Assembly (NCBI GenBank): GCA_029838195.1
Contig: JALGVJ010000002.1
Location: 133,893-197,892 of the forward strand
Source: Promethearchaeota archaeon
GTDB taxonomy: Archaea; Asgardarchaeota; Lokiarchaeia; Sigyniarchaeales; SOKP01
Direction: 5' to 3'
DNA: 64,000 nucleotides
Numbering within the stretch: position 1 is the stretch's first letter; the number at the start of each line of letters is the position of its first letter. The translations under genes were made by a program, and so were the position numbers. The notes under the pieces were generated by a model. That model saw nothing but the letters and a program-made list of their open reading frames with translations, was not told the origin of the DNA and ran no database searches. Of the stretch, positions 28,530 through 39,086 are shown piece by piece.

Positions 28530-30020
28530 ATGTGCATGAAAGATAATTATCTTGATGAAATATTTAATCCGGAAAGCGTGTGCGTGTTTGGAGCTAATAA
28601 TAATCTCTTGGAAACCATGGGTTCAATGCAATTACGAAATTTAAAATCCGGTTTTAAAGGAAACATTTATCCCATTCATCCGCGATTAGAAAACATTCAA
28701 GGATTAAAAGCATATAGGTCTGTTTCGGAGCTGCCAGAAACGCCCACTCTGGCTTTGATCATCTTACCTCCACGTGTTGTTCCGCACGTTCTTGAAGAAT
28801 GCGGCGAAAAAGGAGTAAAGCGAGCAATAATCGTTTCTGGTGGATTTAGAGAACGTCGAGATGAAGAAGGGTTAGAATTAACACGGGTAATAGACAACAT
28901 TGCAAGAAAATATTCCATGCGATTTATTGGTCCAAATTGCCTAGGCGTGTATAATGGATGGTATGGTTCTGATGATACGAGTCATTATCTCATGACCTTT
29001 TGGCCATATTTTATTCCAGATTTAGGAAAAGTTTCGATTATAAGTCAATCGGGTACAATTGCTGCTCAAACATTCTGGTACGCAAAAAACATGGGTTTAA
29101 AAATGAGTAAATCTATTTCAGTAGGCAATGAACAAAATGTAGATATGGTGGATCTTCTTAGATACATGAAAGATGATCCGCAAACGGATGTTATTGGCTT
29201 GTATATTGAAGAAATAAAACGAGGAAAAGAATTCATTGAGTTAACCCGAGAAATCACGCCAGACAAACCCATAGTGGCAATCTATGGAGGAGGAACTAAA
29301 GCCGCTACGAGGTCCATTCAAAGTCATACGGGAGCCATGGCAGGTAATGCTAAGATATTTGAAGGTGTTTTTAAAGAAACGGGGATTGTTTTCACGGATT
29401 CAATAATAGATTTTTTCTATTATCTTAGAACCCTTTCATATGCAAAAAAATATAATATTTTTCCAAAAGGAAAAAGAATTGGCATCATAACTGAATCAGG
29501 AGGTTCGGCGACATTGATGACTAAAAAATGTGAATTATTAGGATTAAAAGTTCCCATTTTTTCTAAACAATTACAAGAACAGATAGCAGAATACATTCCA
29601 TTAACAGGAACCGGAAAGAACCCCGTAGATATTACCTTTTTTAAGAATTTTTATGAATTTGTCGTTAAACTCCCTAAAACCGTACTGAAATCAGGAGAAG
29701 TGGATGGTATTTTGTTTGATGGGATTTTTGATTTTGGAGAAATTTTAGAAATCATTGAAAAGGGAGGCGGTTCTGTTGATGAAAACATGAAAAAAATGAT
29801 AAATCTTTTCTATACTACATTCTTGAAACCATTGCATCGATTAGCCATTAAACATTCCGTTCCCATCTTTTATAGTGGACCTCAATTATACTATTACAAT
29901 ATTTATAGAGAATTTTTAAAGCGCGATATCCCTATTTTTGAACTATGGGATGCTCCACCTAAATCCATGAGCATTTTGGTAAAATATTCTGAATATCGTA
30001 GGAGTAGGAATCGAAACTAA
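28530..30020 (+). CDS. acdA: ADP-forming acyl-CoA synthetase alpha subunit, copy 1
   Basis: CoA-binding N-terminus, IGPNCLG, SQSG, SHTGAMAG (phospho-His), NPVD. Confidence 0.88.
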   Translation: MCMKDNYLDEIFNPESVCVFGANNNLLETMGSMQLRNLKSGFKGNIYPIHPRLENIQGLKAYRSVSELPETPTLALIILPPRVVPHVLEECGEKGVKRAIIVSGGFRERRDEEGLELTRVIDNIARKYSMRFIGPNCLGVYNGWYGSDDTSHYLMTFWPYFIPDLGKVSIISQSGTIAAQTFWYAKNMGLKMSKSISVGNEQNVDMVDLLRYMKDDPQTDVIGLYIEEIKRGKEFIELTREITPDKPIVAIYGGGTKAATRSIQSHTGAMAGNAKIFEGVFKETGIVFTDSIIDFFYYLRTLSYAKKYNIFPKGKRIGIITESGGSATLMTKKCELLGLKVPIFSKQLQEQIAEYIPLTGTGKNPVDITFFKNFYEFVVKLPKTVLKSGEVDGILFDGIFDFGEILEIIEKGGGSVDENMKKMINLFYTTFLKPLHRLAIKHSVPIFYSGPQLYYYNIYREFLKRDIPIFELWDAPPKSMSILVKYSEYRRSRNRN

Positions 30021-30165
30021 AATACGGAGATTTTTATCCATCCATCCAGATTTCATTTTCTTTTTATTTTTAAATCTCCTTACCTTTAACTTTTAAACAA
30101 AAAATAAGTTTCAAATTAATTATATGATTTTTTATGATAGGTTTTATTTTTCTTACAAATAAGAT

Positions 30166-31677
30166 ATGAAAGGTAAGAATGTTATGGAAGAAAAAGAACA
30201 TTTTTTAAACACGTTTTTAAATCCTAAAAGTATTGCCGTGTTTGGAGCTAATAATAAGTTTTTAGATACAATGGGAGCCATGCAGCTTCGAAATATCATC
30301 GCCGGGGGCTTTCCAAGAGATAAGATATTTCCCATTCATCTTCGATTAACGCAAATTCAAGGATTGAGAGCCTATAAATCAATTCTCGATGTTCCTGAAC
30401 CGCCCGATTTGGCATTTATTATTTTACGACCACAAATCGTACCTCAAGTATTAGAAGAATGCGGACAAAAGGGTGTTAAAGGTGCAATCATAACTTCAGG
30501 AGGATTTCGAGAAGTTGGAGCTGATGGTATGATATTATCGAGTAAAATAAATGAAATTGCTAAAAAATATTCCATGAGATTTATCGGGCCAAATTGTTTG
30601 GGCGTTTTAAATAATTGGTATGATTATCCAAATAGAGAAAAAGCTTGTTTTAATACTATGTGGATTTATGAGGTGCCGGAGCGGGGTAATATTTCAATCG
30701 TTGCTCAATCGGGTACTATAGCGTCACATATTTTCTGGTATTGTAAAAAAATAGGGGTAAAAATTAGTAAATCTTTTTCTATAGGAAATGAAAACAATAT
30801 TGATATCGTGGATGTTTTACAATATCTTAAAGATGATCCCCAAACGGATGTTATTGGGTTATACATTGAAGAGCTTAAAAGAGGAAAAGATTTTATCAAA
30901 ATTGTAAAGGAAATCACCCCTAAAAAGCCGATTGTGGCCATTTATGCTGGTGGTTCGGAAGCTGCTACTAGATCAATAATGGGCCATACGGGTGCAATGG
31001 CAGGAAAAAATGAACTATTTGAGGCCGTGTTTAAAGAAACAGGAATCATTTCTACTAATTTAATTAAAGAATTTTTATATTATCTTCGCACCTTTTCTTA
31101 TGGCATCTTTCCTGAAGGGAAAAAGCTTAGTATCATTTCAGATTCAGGAGGATGTGCTGCAATGATGGCAAAATTAGCAGAATCTCTTGGATTACAAATT
31201 CCAAAATTTTCGGAAAAACTAAGTTCGCAATTACGTCCTTACGTCCCTGACGTGGCAAACGTGGATAATCCCTTGGATCTTACATTTCAATTCAACCAAT
31301 ATAATTTATATATTAAAATACCAAAATTAATCATTAATTCGGGAGAAGTTGATGGAATCATTCTTTATGCGGTTTTTGGTTTTGAAGAGGTCTTAGATAT
31401 TATTAAAAAATCCGGCGGAGAATCTTATGAAGAATTTAAGGTGCCCGAAGAGTCCTTAGTAGGGGTCTATTTAAAACCTATACAAAGGTTAGTAAAAAAG
31501 AAATCCATTCCTATTTTTTACATAGGTCCTCAAGGGTATTCTAATTCATGGATACGACAATTCATTAAAAATGATATCCCTATTTTTGATTTATGGGACA
31601 ATCCGGTAAAATGTTTTGCGGTTTTGGCTAAATATTCTGAATATTGGAAAAAACAAGCATTACAAAATCATTCTTAA
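30166..31677 (+). CDS. acdA: ADP-forming acyl-CoA synthetase alpha subunit, copy 2
   Basis: Same motifs (IGPNCLG, AQSG, GHTGAMAG, NPLD); clear tandem paralogue. Confidence 0.88.
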   Translation: MKGKNVMEEKEHFLNTFLNPKSIAVFGANNKFLDTMGAMQLRNIIAGGFPRDKIFPIHLRLTQIQGLRAYKSILDVPEPPDLAFIILRPQIVPQVLEECGQKGVKGAIITSGGFREVGADGMILSSKINEIAKKYSMRFIGPNCLGVLNNWYDYPNREKACFNTMWIYEVPERGNISIVAQSGTIASHIFWYCKKIGVKISKSFSIGNENNIDIVDVLQYLKDDPQTDVIGLYIEELKRGKDFIKIVKEITPKKPIVAIYAGGSEAATRSIMGHTGAMAGKNELFEAVFKETGIISTNLIKEFLYYLRTFSYGIFPEGKKLSIISDSGGCAAMMAKLAESLGLQIPKFSEKLSSQLRPYVPDVANVDNPLDLTFQFNQYNLYIKIPKLIINSGEVDGIILYAVFGFEEVLDIIKKSGGESYEEFKVPEESLVGVYLKPIQRLVKKKSIPIFYIGPQGYSNSWIRQFIKNDIPIFDLWDNPVKCFAVLAKYSEYWKKQALQNHS

Positions 31678-32150
31678 CAAGAATGTTTATTCGTGCCTCC
31701 TCCCTAAATTAACCACGAGAATCCTTTATAATCTTAAAAAATAACAATTAGTAAAATCAGGTAAAATCAAGGGAAAGTGTAAAGAAAAGCATTTCTCATT
31801 TCAAAACTCGATTTAATCGGGAGTTAAAGCGTGAAATCATTTTTACTACTTCTCTACGACTTAAAAGCCCGTATTTATTTTGGAACAAGCGTACTAACCC
31901 TTCAAAAATATAATACGGGAATCTCTTAATTCTCCTTCTTTATTAATGTTAATTAAGATTATCTGAAAAACAATTTTTTATATATTTAAATAAATAAAAA
32001 TACTTGATTTTTCCAAACTTTTTAGAGCTAAACCCCCCCTTTCCATTTTTAAGGAAATTAGAACATCTCGTGCTCGTCCACTAATTATTTATATTTAATC
32101 AAATGTTTAATAATTAAGAAACAAAAAAGGATCTTCATTCCCAAAGAATC

Positions 32151-33152
32151 ATGTCTTATCTCATATTTTTCAACCCTCCTGATCCCATTTTAGCATCTGG
32201 TACAAAAGAAGGCGTGGAATTAGGGGGCAGTAAAATACTCTTGAGCATTGATAAAAACCATAATTTCCATAATGAAGGAGTAATTTATACAGAAATGAGT
32301 TGGGCAGAATTTTATCATGAAGAGGGATTAGAAGATCAGATTGATACGTTTACCACTAAGATTTTTGATTCCATACGAGATGATCCCGATACGTTAGCTC
32401 GTAGAATTATAGAATGTCTTAAATCCGTGATGGAAAATCATAGACTCTTTTATGGAATTGCGGATTTTGAATGTGATGCTTTTTTAAATCAAAATACGGT
32501 CATTCCAGGACTCAAATTGAATAAAGAATTAATCAATAAACTGATGGAGGCTCATAAAAAGAGCAGGGATGCCGCGTTATTTCCTAAATTAATAAATGAC
32601 ACGAAAGGTCTTAAAAAAATAAACATGTCCATTCAAGGATTAAATAAAAAAAAATTGATATTTCCTGGAGTTGACTTGGCGGATTATGCAGATAAACTTC
32701 ACCTTGCTAAAGGTTTTGCTACGGGGATAATTGCAACATCTAAGAATGCTGCTAATTTTTTTATGATGAATGATTTCATCGTGTTTAAAGAGGATGAATC
32801 TCCAGAATTTTATATCGATCGGGACTGCATTACTGTCATTGAAGTTGGAATCCAAAGAAAGGTGCTATTTCCAATTAGTTGGTTTCGAATTGATATTGGT
32901 ATTCGCTCTTTAGAAACATTAGAACATTGGGATGTTATAAAAGAGAATGAAAAACTCCAGGCCGTGTTAAAAGAATATGACGATTATATTACTCAATTAA
33001 TCGTGAAGAAATACAAACCCTTAGCTTCTCCCGAAGAAATAGGAGGGGTGTTGGAAGAAGAATTTTACCGAATGACGCCACGAGAAAGAAAAAAAACATT
33101 GGCAGATATGGAAGAAGCAATAAGAATTTTAGATGAAAAATTTAAAGAATGA
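32151..33152 (+). CDS. Hypothetical protein (333 aa)
   Basis: Long intact ORF; no family recognised. Confidence 0.8.
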   Translation: MSYLIFFNPPDPILASGTKEGVELGGSKILLSIDKNHNFHNEGVIYTEMSWAEFYHEEGLEDQIDTFTTKIFDSIRDDPDTLARRIIECLKSVMENHRLFYGIADFECDAFLNQNTVIPGLKLNKELINKLMEAHKKSRDAALFPKLINDTKGLKKINMSIQGLNKKKLIFPGVDLADYADKLHLAKGFATGIIATSKNAANFFMMNDFIVFKEDESPEFYIDRDCITVIEVGIQRKVLFPISWFRIDIGIRSLETLEHWDVIKENEKLQAVLKEYDDYITQLIVKKYKPLASPEEIGGVLEEEFYRMTPRERKKTLADMEEAIRILDEKFKE

Positions 33153-33158
33153 TCTATC

Positions 33159-33464
33159 TTATTTTTTAATAATACGAGGCGCCATGAAATACCCATCTTT
33201 CTTATGTTCGGCGTTTTTTAAAGCTTCTTGAGGGCTAAGAGATTTCCAAGGAATATCCTTCCGAAAAACATTTTTTAAACCCTCAATGGGATGGGTCATG
33301 GGAGGGACGTTAGACGTATCCAGCTCGTCTAATTTCTTAAAATGCGAGATTATCTGTCCCAATTGAACAGATAATTTTTCTTTTTCTTCTTCATTTAAGT
33401 CTAATAATGCTAATTTTGAAACATATTCTATAGTTTCTTTTGGAAAAATCTCTTTTTTATTCAT
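33159..33464 (-). CDS. gatC: Asp/Glu-tRNA amidotransferase subunit C
   Basis: YVSKLALL.L.EEE, LDELDTSNVPP, NVFRKD, ALKNA....DGYF.APRI. Confidence 0.92.
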   Translation of the reverse strand: MNKKEIFPKETIEYVSKLALLDLNEEEKEKLSVQLGQIISHFKKLDELDTSNVPPMTHPIEGLKNVFRKDIPWKSLSPQEALKNAEHKKDGYFMAPRIIKK

Positions 33465-33990
33465 GGATCCTTAATAAACTAACTTGAATCTTTTTTATTA
33501 AAAATATTAATACTCATAAATTTGGAATCAAAATAAGTTTTATTAATAAATATAAAGAATTTCTTTAATTTGAATCTCAAAATTTAATAGAATTTTTATC
33601 ATTCATGTATTTAACATTTTATAAGAGACAACAAAAATCCGACATAAAAATCTATCAAGGCGATCTCTCTTTCAATGAAAAATCTCAAAATAATTCATGG
33701 ATTTCGTGAATGGTTAATTATGTTCATCTATTTATTCTATTTCTCATAAAAAACATTATGCTGAAAATTTGCTATGGAACCCAGAAATTTAAATTTTTTT
33801 AATTTTATTTCTTATTTTCTTTGTTCAAGTGATTATCCTTAAGAATCTAAAAAATGATAAAAAATAACCGTAACAAAAACGTAAAAGAAAAGAAGCCAAT
33901 ATCCGTATTAGATAAACGAGACTCTTTATTTATTATATAATTAAAAATTATATTTTCTCAAATATATTAAATCATCCTTTTTAGCTTCTT

Positions 33991-34098
33991 TTACATTTTC
34001 ATTAATCGCCTGTGAATAATCAAGCACACGATAATTATTATGATAATTATAATAGCTCCTATCAAATATCTGTAAAGAGTTTCGATTAAAGGATTCAT
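33991..34098 (-). CDS. Putative 35-aa single-pass membrane microprotein
   Basis: MNPLIETLYRYLIGAIIIIIIIIVCLIIHRRLMKM*: hydrophobic core followed by basic residues; below the ORF-track cutoff. Confidence 0.5.
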   Translation of the reverse strand: MNPLIETLYRYLIGAIIIIIIIIVCLIIHRRLMKM

Positions 34099-34251
34099 TT
34101 GATCCACTCTCAAAAAAATAATGAAGAACTATGAATTAAATATGGGGTTTTTTTTTAAAAATTTAACATTTTTTTAATTCTCCTCAGAAAAAGAAAAAAT
34201 TTAATTTTTAAGCTTTTAGACTAAAAAATTAAAAAAATATATTTTTAAAAA

Positions 34252-34458
34252 TTACCTTTCTATTTCGAAATTGATTTGAACTCGAACGCGATAAATTAAT
34301 TTATCTATATCCTCCTTAACTTTGACATCTGACTCAATAATTTGGATGTTTCTTATTCCTCGTAATGTTTTCTTCGCTTCAAGATAGCAATTCTTTACCG
34401 CATCTGCCCAATTGACTTCTGAAGTTCCAACAAGTTGGATACTCTTATATATTGGCAT
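34252..34458 (-). CDS. Dodecin-family flavin-binding protein
   Basis: YKSIQLVGTS..NW.DAV.....A.KTLRGI...Y.V...I.F in 68 aa. Confidence 0.88.
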   Translation of the reverse strand: MPIYKSIQLVGTSEVNWADAVKNCYLEAKKTLRGIRNIQIIESDVKVKEDIDKLIYRVRVQINFEIER

Positions 34459-34760
34459 TTTTTCTCTTCACCTTTTTGTTTTCATGCAAATTTAATTGTT
34501 ACAATTTCAGATTTCATTTTCATAATATATCTAGTAACATTAAATGGTTATCTTTCCCTATTTAAATATTACGTGTATGAATTATTATTGCTGATCATTC
34601 AATCTTACATTAAAATACAAAAGAAAGAAGAATCTCTTTTTGAATGTCTGATTTTAAAATAAATGAACCTAAAAGTATTATTATACATGTAAAAAATAGA
34701 AATAAATTTTGTTCCTTTGTTGAAAATAAATGAGTATGGGTTGAATAAAATCATAAAGAT

Positions 34761-36107
34761 TCATCCAGTTTTCAAGGTAAATTCTGTATCATCTTCATTG
34801 AATTCCCCCTCTATCTTACCCGCTCCAATTAGATCAAATATATACCCAACAATTTTTTCAGGCGGAATTTTGATATAACGTTCAATGTAATCAATTTTTA
34901 CCTTTTTTTTCGCTTTTATGATTCCTAAGAGGCGCTCTTTTTTATTAAACTCCTCAATATCTTGTTTAATACGCTTTCTAGCATCCCTCACATATGCTTC
35001 TAAGTCGAATTCAGGATGCTCGTCAATTTCTTGTTCATTCTCAAGAAAAATTTCGTCTAAATCTTTACTAGCGAGGATAGATTTTTTATATTCTAAACTG
35101 ATTTTTTCTCCCTCGCTTTCAATGTTATCAATAATTTTTTCACCTTCTGTTTTTTTCTTAAAGGAAGAAGTATCTACATGGAAATTTGCTCTTCCTAAAT
35201 ATTTTTCAATATCTAAAGACAGTTTATCCTTATCTATGGCGGAGTCCAGTAGGTTACTGGAGTCAAAATTGATATCCAAAATATCAGCGATAATCCTTAT
35301 CATTTTTTCTCGGTTTTCTTCTCGATTGGCAATCATGGGATATGTCCTCAGATTTAAAATCTCCTCAATTTCTTCTGGAGACATGGCACCAGGCAAGTCT
35401 TGTTTATTCGCAATTATTGCCGTGCGCGCATAGGGTACTTCTTTTTCAATTAATTCCAAGAAAAACTTGCTCGCTTCTATATTCTTGGGGGTAGAATCCG
35501 TGACAATCAATACGGAATCACTTCCCTTAATGAAACTCTTCCAAAGATATCTAAATTGGTCTTGTCCCGCAAAATCAAATAAATTAAAGAATAGCTTTCC
35601 AATCTTGATGGTTGCAATATCGCCGCTTATCGTTGGGATATGCTCTAGTGGAATCTCATCCAGCTTGATGAGCTTCTTTATTGTGGTTTTTCCCACGCCC
35701 GAAAATCCAACAATAGATATTTTCGGTTTTAAATTTCGGTGTACTTGATCGACATAATTATTCAATTTTGTAATCTTTTCTTGATCAAGAGTACTTCCTC
35801 CTTCAATATTAGGAAAAAATTCTAAGAATAAATCCTTAAAATTTTCTACTTCTATCCGAATGGACCGAAAGTAATCATCCACTAATCCAGTAATGAATAG
35901 GAATAAAAGGGCACTGTCTTTATCTAATTCATACGATACCTTGTATTTAAAAAAATTAAAATGTCCTAACTCTTTTCCTAATTTTCTACTTGTCATTTCC
36001 CTGATCTTCACGTCAATTTCCATGACTTCATCATCGGTTAAGGCATTCGCGAAATCTCGCCTATAAATAATCCTTGCATCTTTAAGTACAAACACTTGTC
36101 GCAACAT
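34761..36107 (-). CDS. Longin - Arf/Rab-like small GTPase - winged-helix (PCI-like) fusion protein
   Basis: Longin-like N-terminus (MLRQVFVL..RIIYRRDF...LLFLFITG); GFSGVGKTT, PT, DFAGQ, NKQD; C-terminal wH (LIGAGKIEGEF). Confidence 0.85.
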   Translation of the reverse strand: MLRQVFVLKDARIIYRRDFANALTDDEVMEIDVKIREMTSRKLGKELGHFNFFKYKVSYELDKDSALLFLFITGLVDDYFRSIRIEVENFKDLFLEFFPNIEGGSTLDQEKITKLNNYVDQVHRNLKPKISIVGFSGVGKTTIKKLIKLDEIPLEHIPTISGDIATIKIGKLFFNLFDFAGQDQFRYLWKSFIKGSDSVLIVTDSTPKNIEASKFFLELIEKEVPYARTAIIANKQDLPGAMSPEEIEEILNLRTYPMIANREENREKMIRIIADILDINFDSSNLLDSAIDKDKLSLDIEKYLGRANFHVDTSSFKKKTEGEKIIDNIESEGEKISLEYKKSILASKDLDEIFLENEQEIDEHPEFDLEAYVRDARKRIKQDIEEFNKKERLLGIIKAKKKVKIDYIERYIKIPPEKIVGYIFDLIGAGKIEGEFNEDDTEFTLKTG

Positions 36108-36378
36108 TTTACGATGGTTCCCTTATTATGTTTTTCTAATAATACTGGGTATATTCTATATTCTCATGTTCATATATTTATTTATAATAAAATTACTTAT
36201 TTTAACTACTCTCCTTTAATGATGGCACTTATCCCAATCAAACACTCACTATCCCTTGAAAGAAATAAAAAATCTCTCTTTTAAATTTAAGGAAAAAATT
36301 AGAGGGGAATTAAAAAAAAATAAGGAAGGAAAGTAAAAATAAATCAAGTAGTCTCCTTAAAGTAATGGATATCTCATT

Positions 36379-37686
36379 TTATGCATCTAAGTTTTCAATC
36401 AAAACTGAAACCCCTTGTCCCCCACCGCAACAGGCAGTCGCCATTCCATATTTGGCCTTTTCATCTTTTAAAATTCTCGCCAGTGTCCCCGTTAAGCGAA
36501 TCATTGTAGAGCCTAAAGGATGACCAATAGCAGTAGCCCCTCCACGTACATTGACTTTTTCTTCTGGAATGTTGAATTTATCCATACAATTTAAAGTGAC
36601 TATGCAAAATGCTTCATTTATTTCCCAAAAATCAATATCATCTGCTTCTAATCCTGCATGTTTTAATGCCATTTTACTTGCTGGTACGGGGCCTCTTCCC
36701 ATTACGCTTGGGTCTACAGCGCCCCATCCGATTGATTTGATTTTAACCATAGGCTCTAATCCTCTTTTTTCTGCTTCTTTTGCATTCATTAAAAGAGCTG
36801 CTGTGGCACCAGCATTTAAGGGAGAAGAATTTCCGGCTGTAATGACTCCTTCCTTGGTTCCTTCTCTCTCTATATAGCCTTTTCTCCCGCCGATATCTTC
36901 GCCGTAGGCATTTTTCTTTAAATAATAAGGTCGGGATAAGCGCCGTAATTTGCTAACAGTTTCTAAATCAGAAGGACGTGGGGTTTGATCTTTATCAATA
37001 ATTACTTTCTCCTCAACATTTCCTGGCGCATGCCCCTCAATTGGAATAATTTCACCATTAAACCAGCCTTCTTTCTGATATTTTACGGCTAAATTATGAC
37101 TTCGCACGCCAAATTTATCTAAATCTTCCTTTGTAAATTTTGGAGTTTCTTCCTCATAGAGTTTCTGTGCAGTTTGAAGCATGTTAATGCTCGTCATTAA
37201 ATCATATTGCGGCCTATACCACGGGCTTTTTTTGTCCACCATTTTCAAGTTAGCGTTTATCCAATTATTTTGCATTGGTATGCGTGTCATATGTTCGACA
37301 CCGCCAGATAAGGTAATATTGGAATACCCTAGCATGATTTCCAGGGCGCAGAATTGAAGCCCTGCGCCTGCAGAGCCACATTGTCTATCAATAAAAAAAG
37401 CGGAGGTGCCAACAGGAAATTCCGCTAAGAATAGGGGCAATCGGCCCCCATAAGTCCAAGCTTCATATACGCCCATAGCTGTTCCTGTACTAAAATCATC
37501 AATATCTGATTTTTGTATGCCTTTATCAGCGAGTTTTTGGTCGAAGAATTTCATGAGGAGGGTGGCTAGTAGTTCATCTGGGCGGATTTCTCCGAAAACA
37601 TCTCGCTCGGGTTGTTTAGGTCGAGAGCGAGAAAATGGGGTACGAGCATAGTCTATAAGCCAAACTTCATTGATTTCTTTTGACAT
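36379..37686 (-). CDS. Thiolase (acetyl-CoA C-acyltransferase)
   Basis: DRQCGS, GGVEHM, TAGNSS, EINEAF, GHPLG, CCGGGQG. Confidence 0.95.
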   Translation of the reverse strand: MSKEINEVWLIDYARTPFSRSRPKQPERDVFGEIRPDELLATLLMKFFDQKLADKGIQKSDIDDFSTGTAMGVYEAWTYGGRLPLFLAEFPVGTSAFFIDRQCGSAGAGLQFCALEIMLGYSNITLSGGVEHMTRIPMQNNWINANLKMVDKKSPWYRPQYDLMTSINMLQTAQKLYEEETPKFTKEDLDKFGVRSHNLAVKYQKEGWFNGEIIPIEGHAPGNVEEKVIIDKDQTPRPSDLETVSKLRRLSRPYYLKKNAYGEDIGGRKGYIEREGTKEGVITAGNSSPLNAGATAALLMNAKEAEKRGLEPMVKIKSIGWGAVDPSVMGRGPVPASKMALKHAGLEADDIDFWEINEAFCIVTLNCMDKFNIPEEKVNVRGGATAIGHPLGSTMIRLTGTLARILKDEKAKYGMATACCGGGQGVSVLIENLDA

Positions 37687-37875
37687 TTTATTTTATACCT
37701 CTTAATTTTTAATTTATCATTTTAATTAATTCCTTTAATTCAAAATAAATTTGATTAAATTAGGAAATTTTTAAATCATATTAAAATTTTTGATAATTTT
37801 GATGTCCAGTATTGATCACGAACTGAATAGATATTAGGCAAAATGCTTTAAATTTAAGCAAGCTTTACATTTATC

Positions 37876-38310
37876 ATGACATCTAAAGATGAAGTAGAGT
37901 GGAATTTCCCTCTCGTTTCCATTATTGTTGGAAGCAGTTCAGATAAAGCAGTATATGAAAAAACAGAAAATGTATTAAAGGAGAATGGTATTAATTACGA
38001 CTTACAAATCATATCTGCGCATAGAGATCCGGAAAAATTAGAAGAATATTTAAGATCTTGTCCGGCATTGATTTATATAGCAGTAGCAGGGTTATCTGCT
38101 GCGCTTCCCGGGGTTATTGCGTCAAAAACTGAAAAACCCGTAATAGGTGTACCCGTTAGCGCAAAATTGGGAGGGCTAGATGCATTATTATCTATTGTTC
38201 AAATGCCTCCCCGCGTGCCTGTAGCGTGTGTGGGCATTGATCGAGGTGAAAATGCGGCTTATTTAGCCTTGCGAATTTTAGCCTTATTAAAAAAAGACCA
38301 AGATAAATAA
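37876..38310 (+). CDS. purE: PurE-family AIR carboxylase/N5-CAIR mutase
   Basis: [35 protein letters not shown]. Confidence 0.95.
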   Translation: MTSKDEVEWNFPLVSIIVGSSSDKAVYEKTENVLKENGINYDLQIISAHRDPEKLEEYLRSCPALIYIAVAGLSAALPGVIASKTEKPVIGVPVSAKLGGLDALLSIVQMPPRVPVACVGIDRGENAAYLALRILALLKKDQDK

Positions 38311-38316
38311 AGGACG

Positions 38317-39045
38317 GTGTTAAAATTGAGCGAAAAGGAAGAAGAAATCGAACTAGCCAAGAAAAATGCTGCGATGAGAGCAGTAGAGGAAAACTTGAAA
38401 AGTAATACAATTTTGGGCGTTGGAAGTGGTTCTACAATTGTACATGCAGTAAAGAGGGTTGCTGAAATCATCCGTGAAAAAAAATGGGATATAAAATGCA
38501 TTCCTACCTCATTTCAAGCCTATCAATTAATAATGGAGCACGGCTTGAATTATACCACTTTAGATCGACATCCCATTATCGATTTAGATATCGATGGCGC
38601 TGATGAAATTGATCAAGATTTAAACTTGATTAAAGGTGGAGGCGGATGCTTAGTTCAAGAGAAAATTATTGCTTCTAATTCAAAAAAAGTAATAATAGTG
38701 GCAGATTATAGAAAAGTATCTACTCGTTTAGGTGAAAATTGGAAAAAAGGTATTCCTATTGAAATTATTCCCATGGCCGCAACACCAATTTTAAAGAAAA
38801 TAGAACAGATGGGAGGGCGTCCTTCTTTACGCATGGCAAGAGCCAAGATGGGGCCCGTCATAACGGATAATGGTAATTTTATTATTGATGCGGATTTTGG
38901 TATAATTGAACAACCTAAAGTATTGAATGAGAAATTATTGAACATTCCGGGTGTAGTAGATACAGGACTATTCATTTCCCTAACTTCAAGAGTCTATATT
39001 GGAGAAAAAAGAGGAAATATTAAAATAATAGATAAAAATAATTAA
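38317..39045 (+). CDS. rpiA: Ribose-5-phosphate isomerase A
   Basis: GVGSGST, IDGADE, KGGGG, EKII, TDNGN.I.D, PGVV.TGLF. Confidence 0.96.
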   Translation: MLKLSEKEEEIELAKKNAAMRAVEENLKSNTILGVGSGSTIVHAVKRVAEIIREKKWDIKCIPTSFQAYQLIMEHGLNYTTLDRHPIIDLDIDGADEIDQDLNLIKGGGGCLVQEKIIASNSKKVIIVADYRKVSTRLGENWKKGIPIEIIPMAATPILKKIEQMGGRPSLRMARAKMGPVITDNGNFIIDADFGIIEQPKVLNEKLLNIPGVVDTGLFISLTSRVYIGEKRGNIKIIDKNN

Positions 39046-39086
39046 AACTATAACAAACACTTTTTTAGAAAAATAATAAAAATAGT

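Noticed and set aside
34918-35748. Antisense and nested ORFs in the track (e.g. 34918-35433, 21628-22155, 17698-18123, 15791-16132).
   Set aside because: They overlap well-supported genes and have the Ser/Phe/Ile-rich composition typical of shadow frames.
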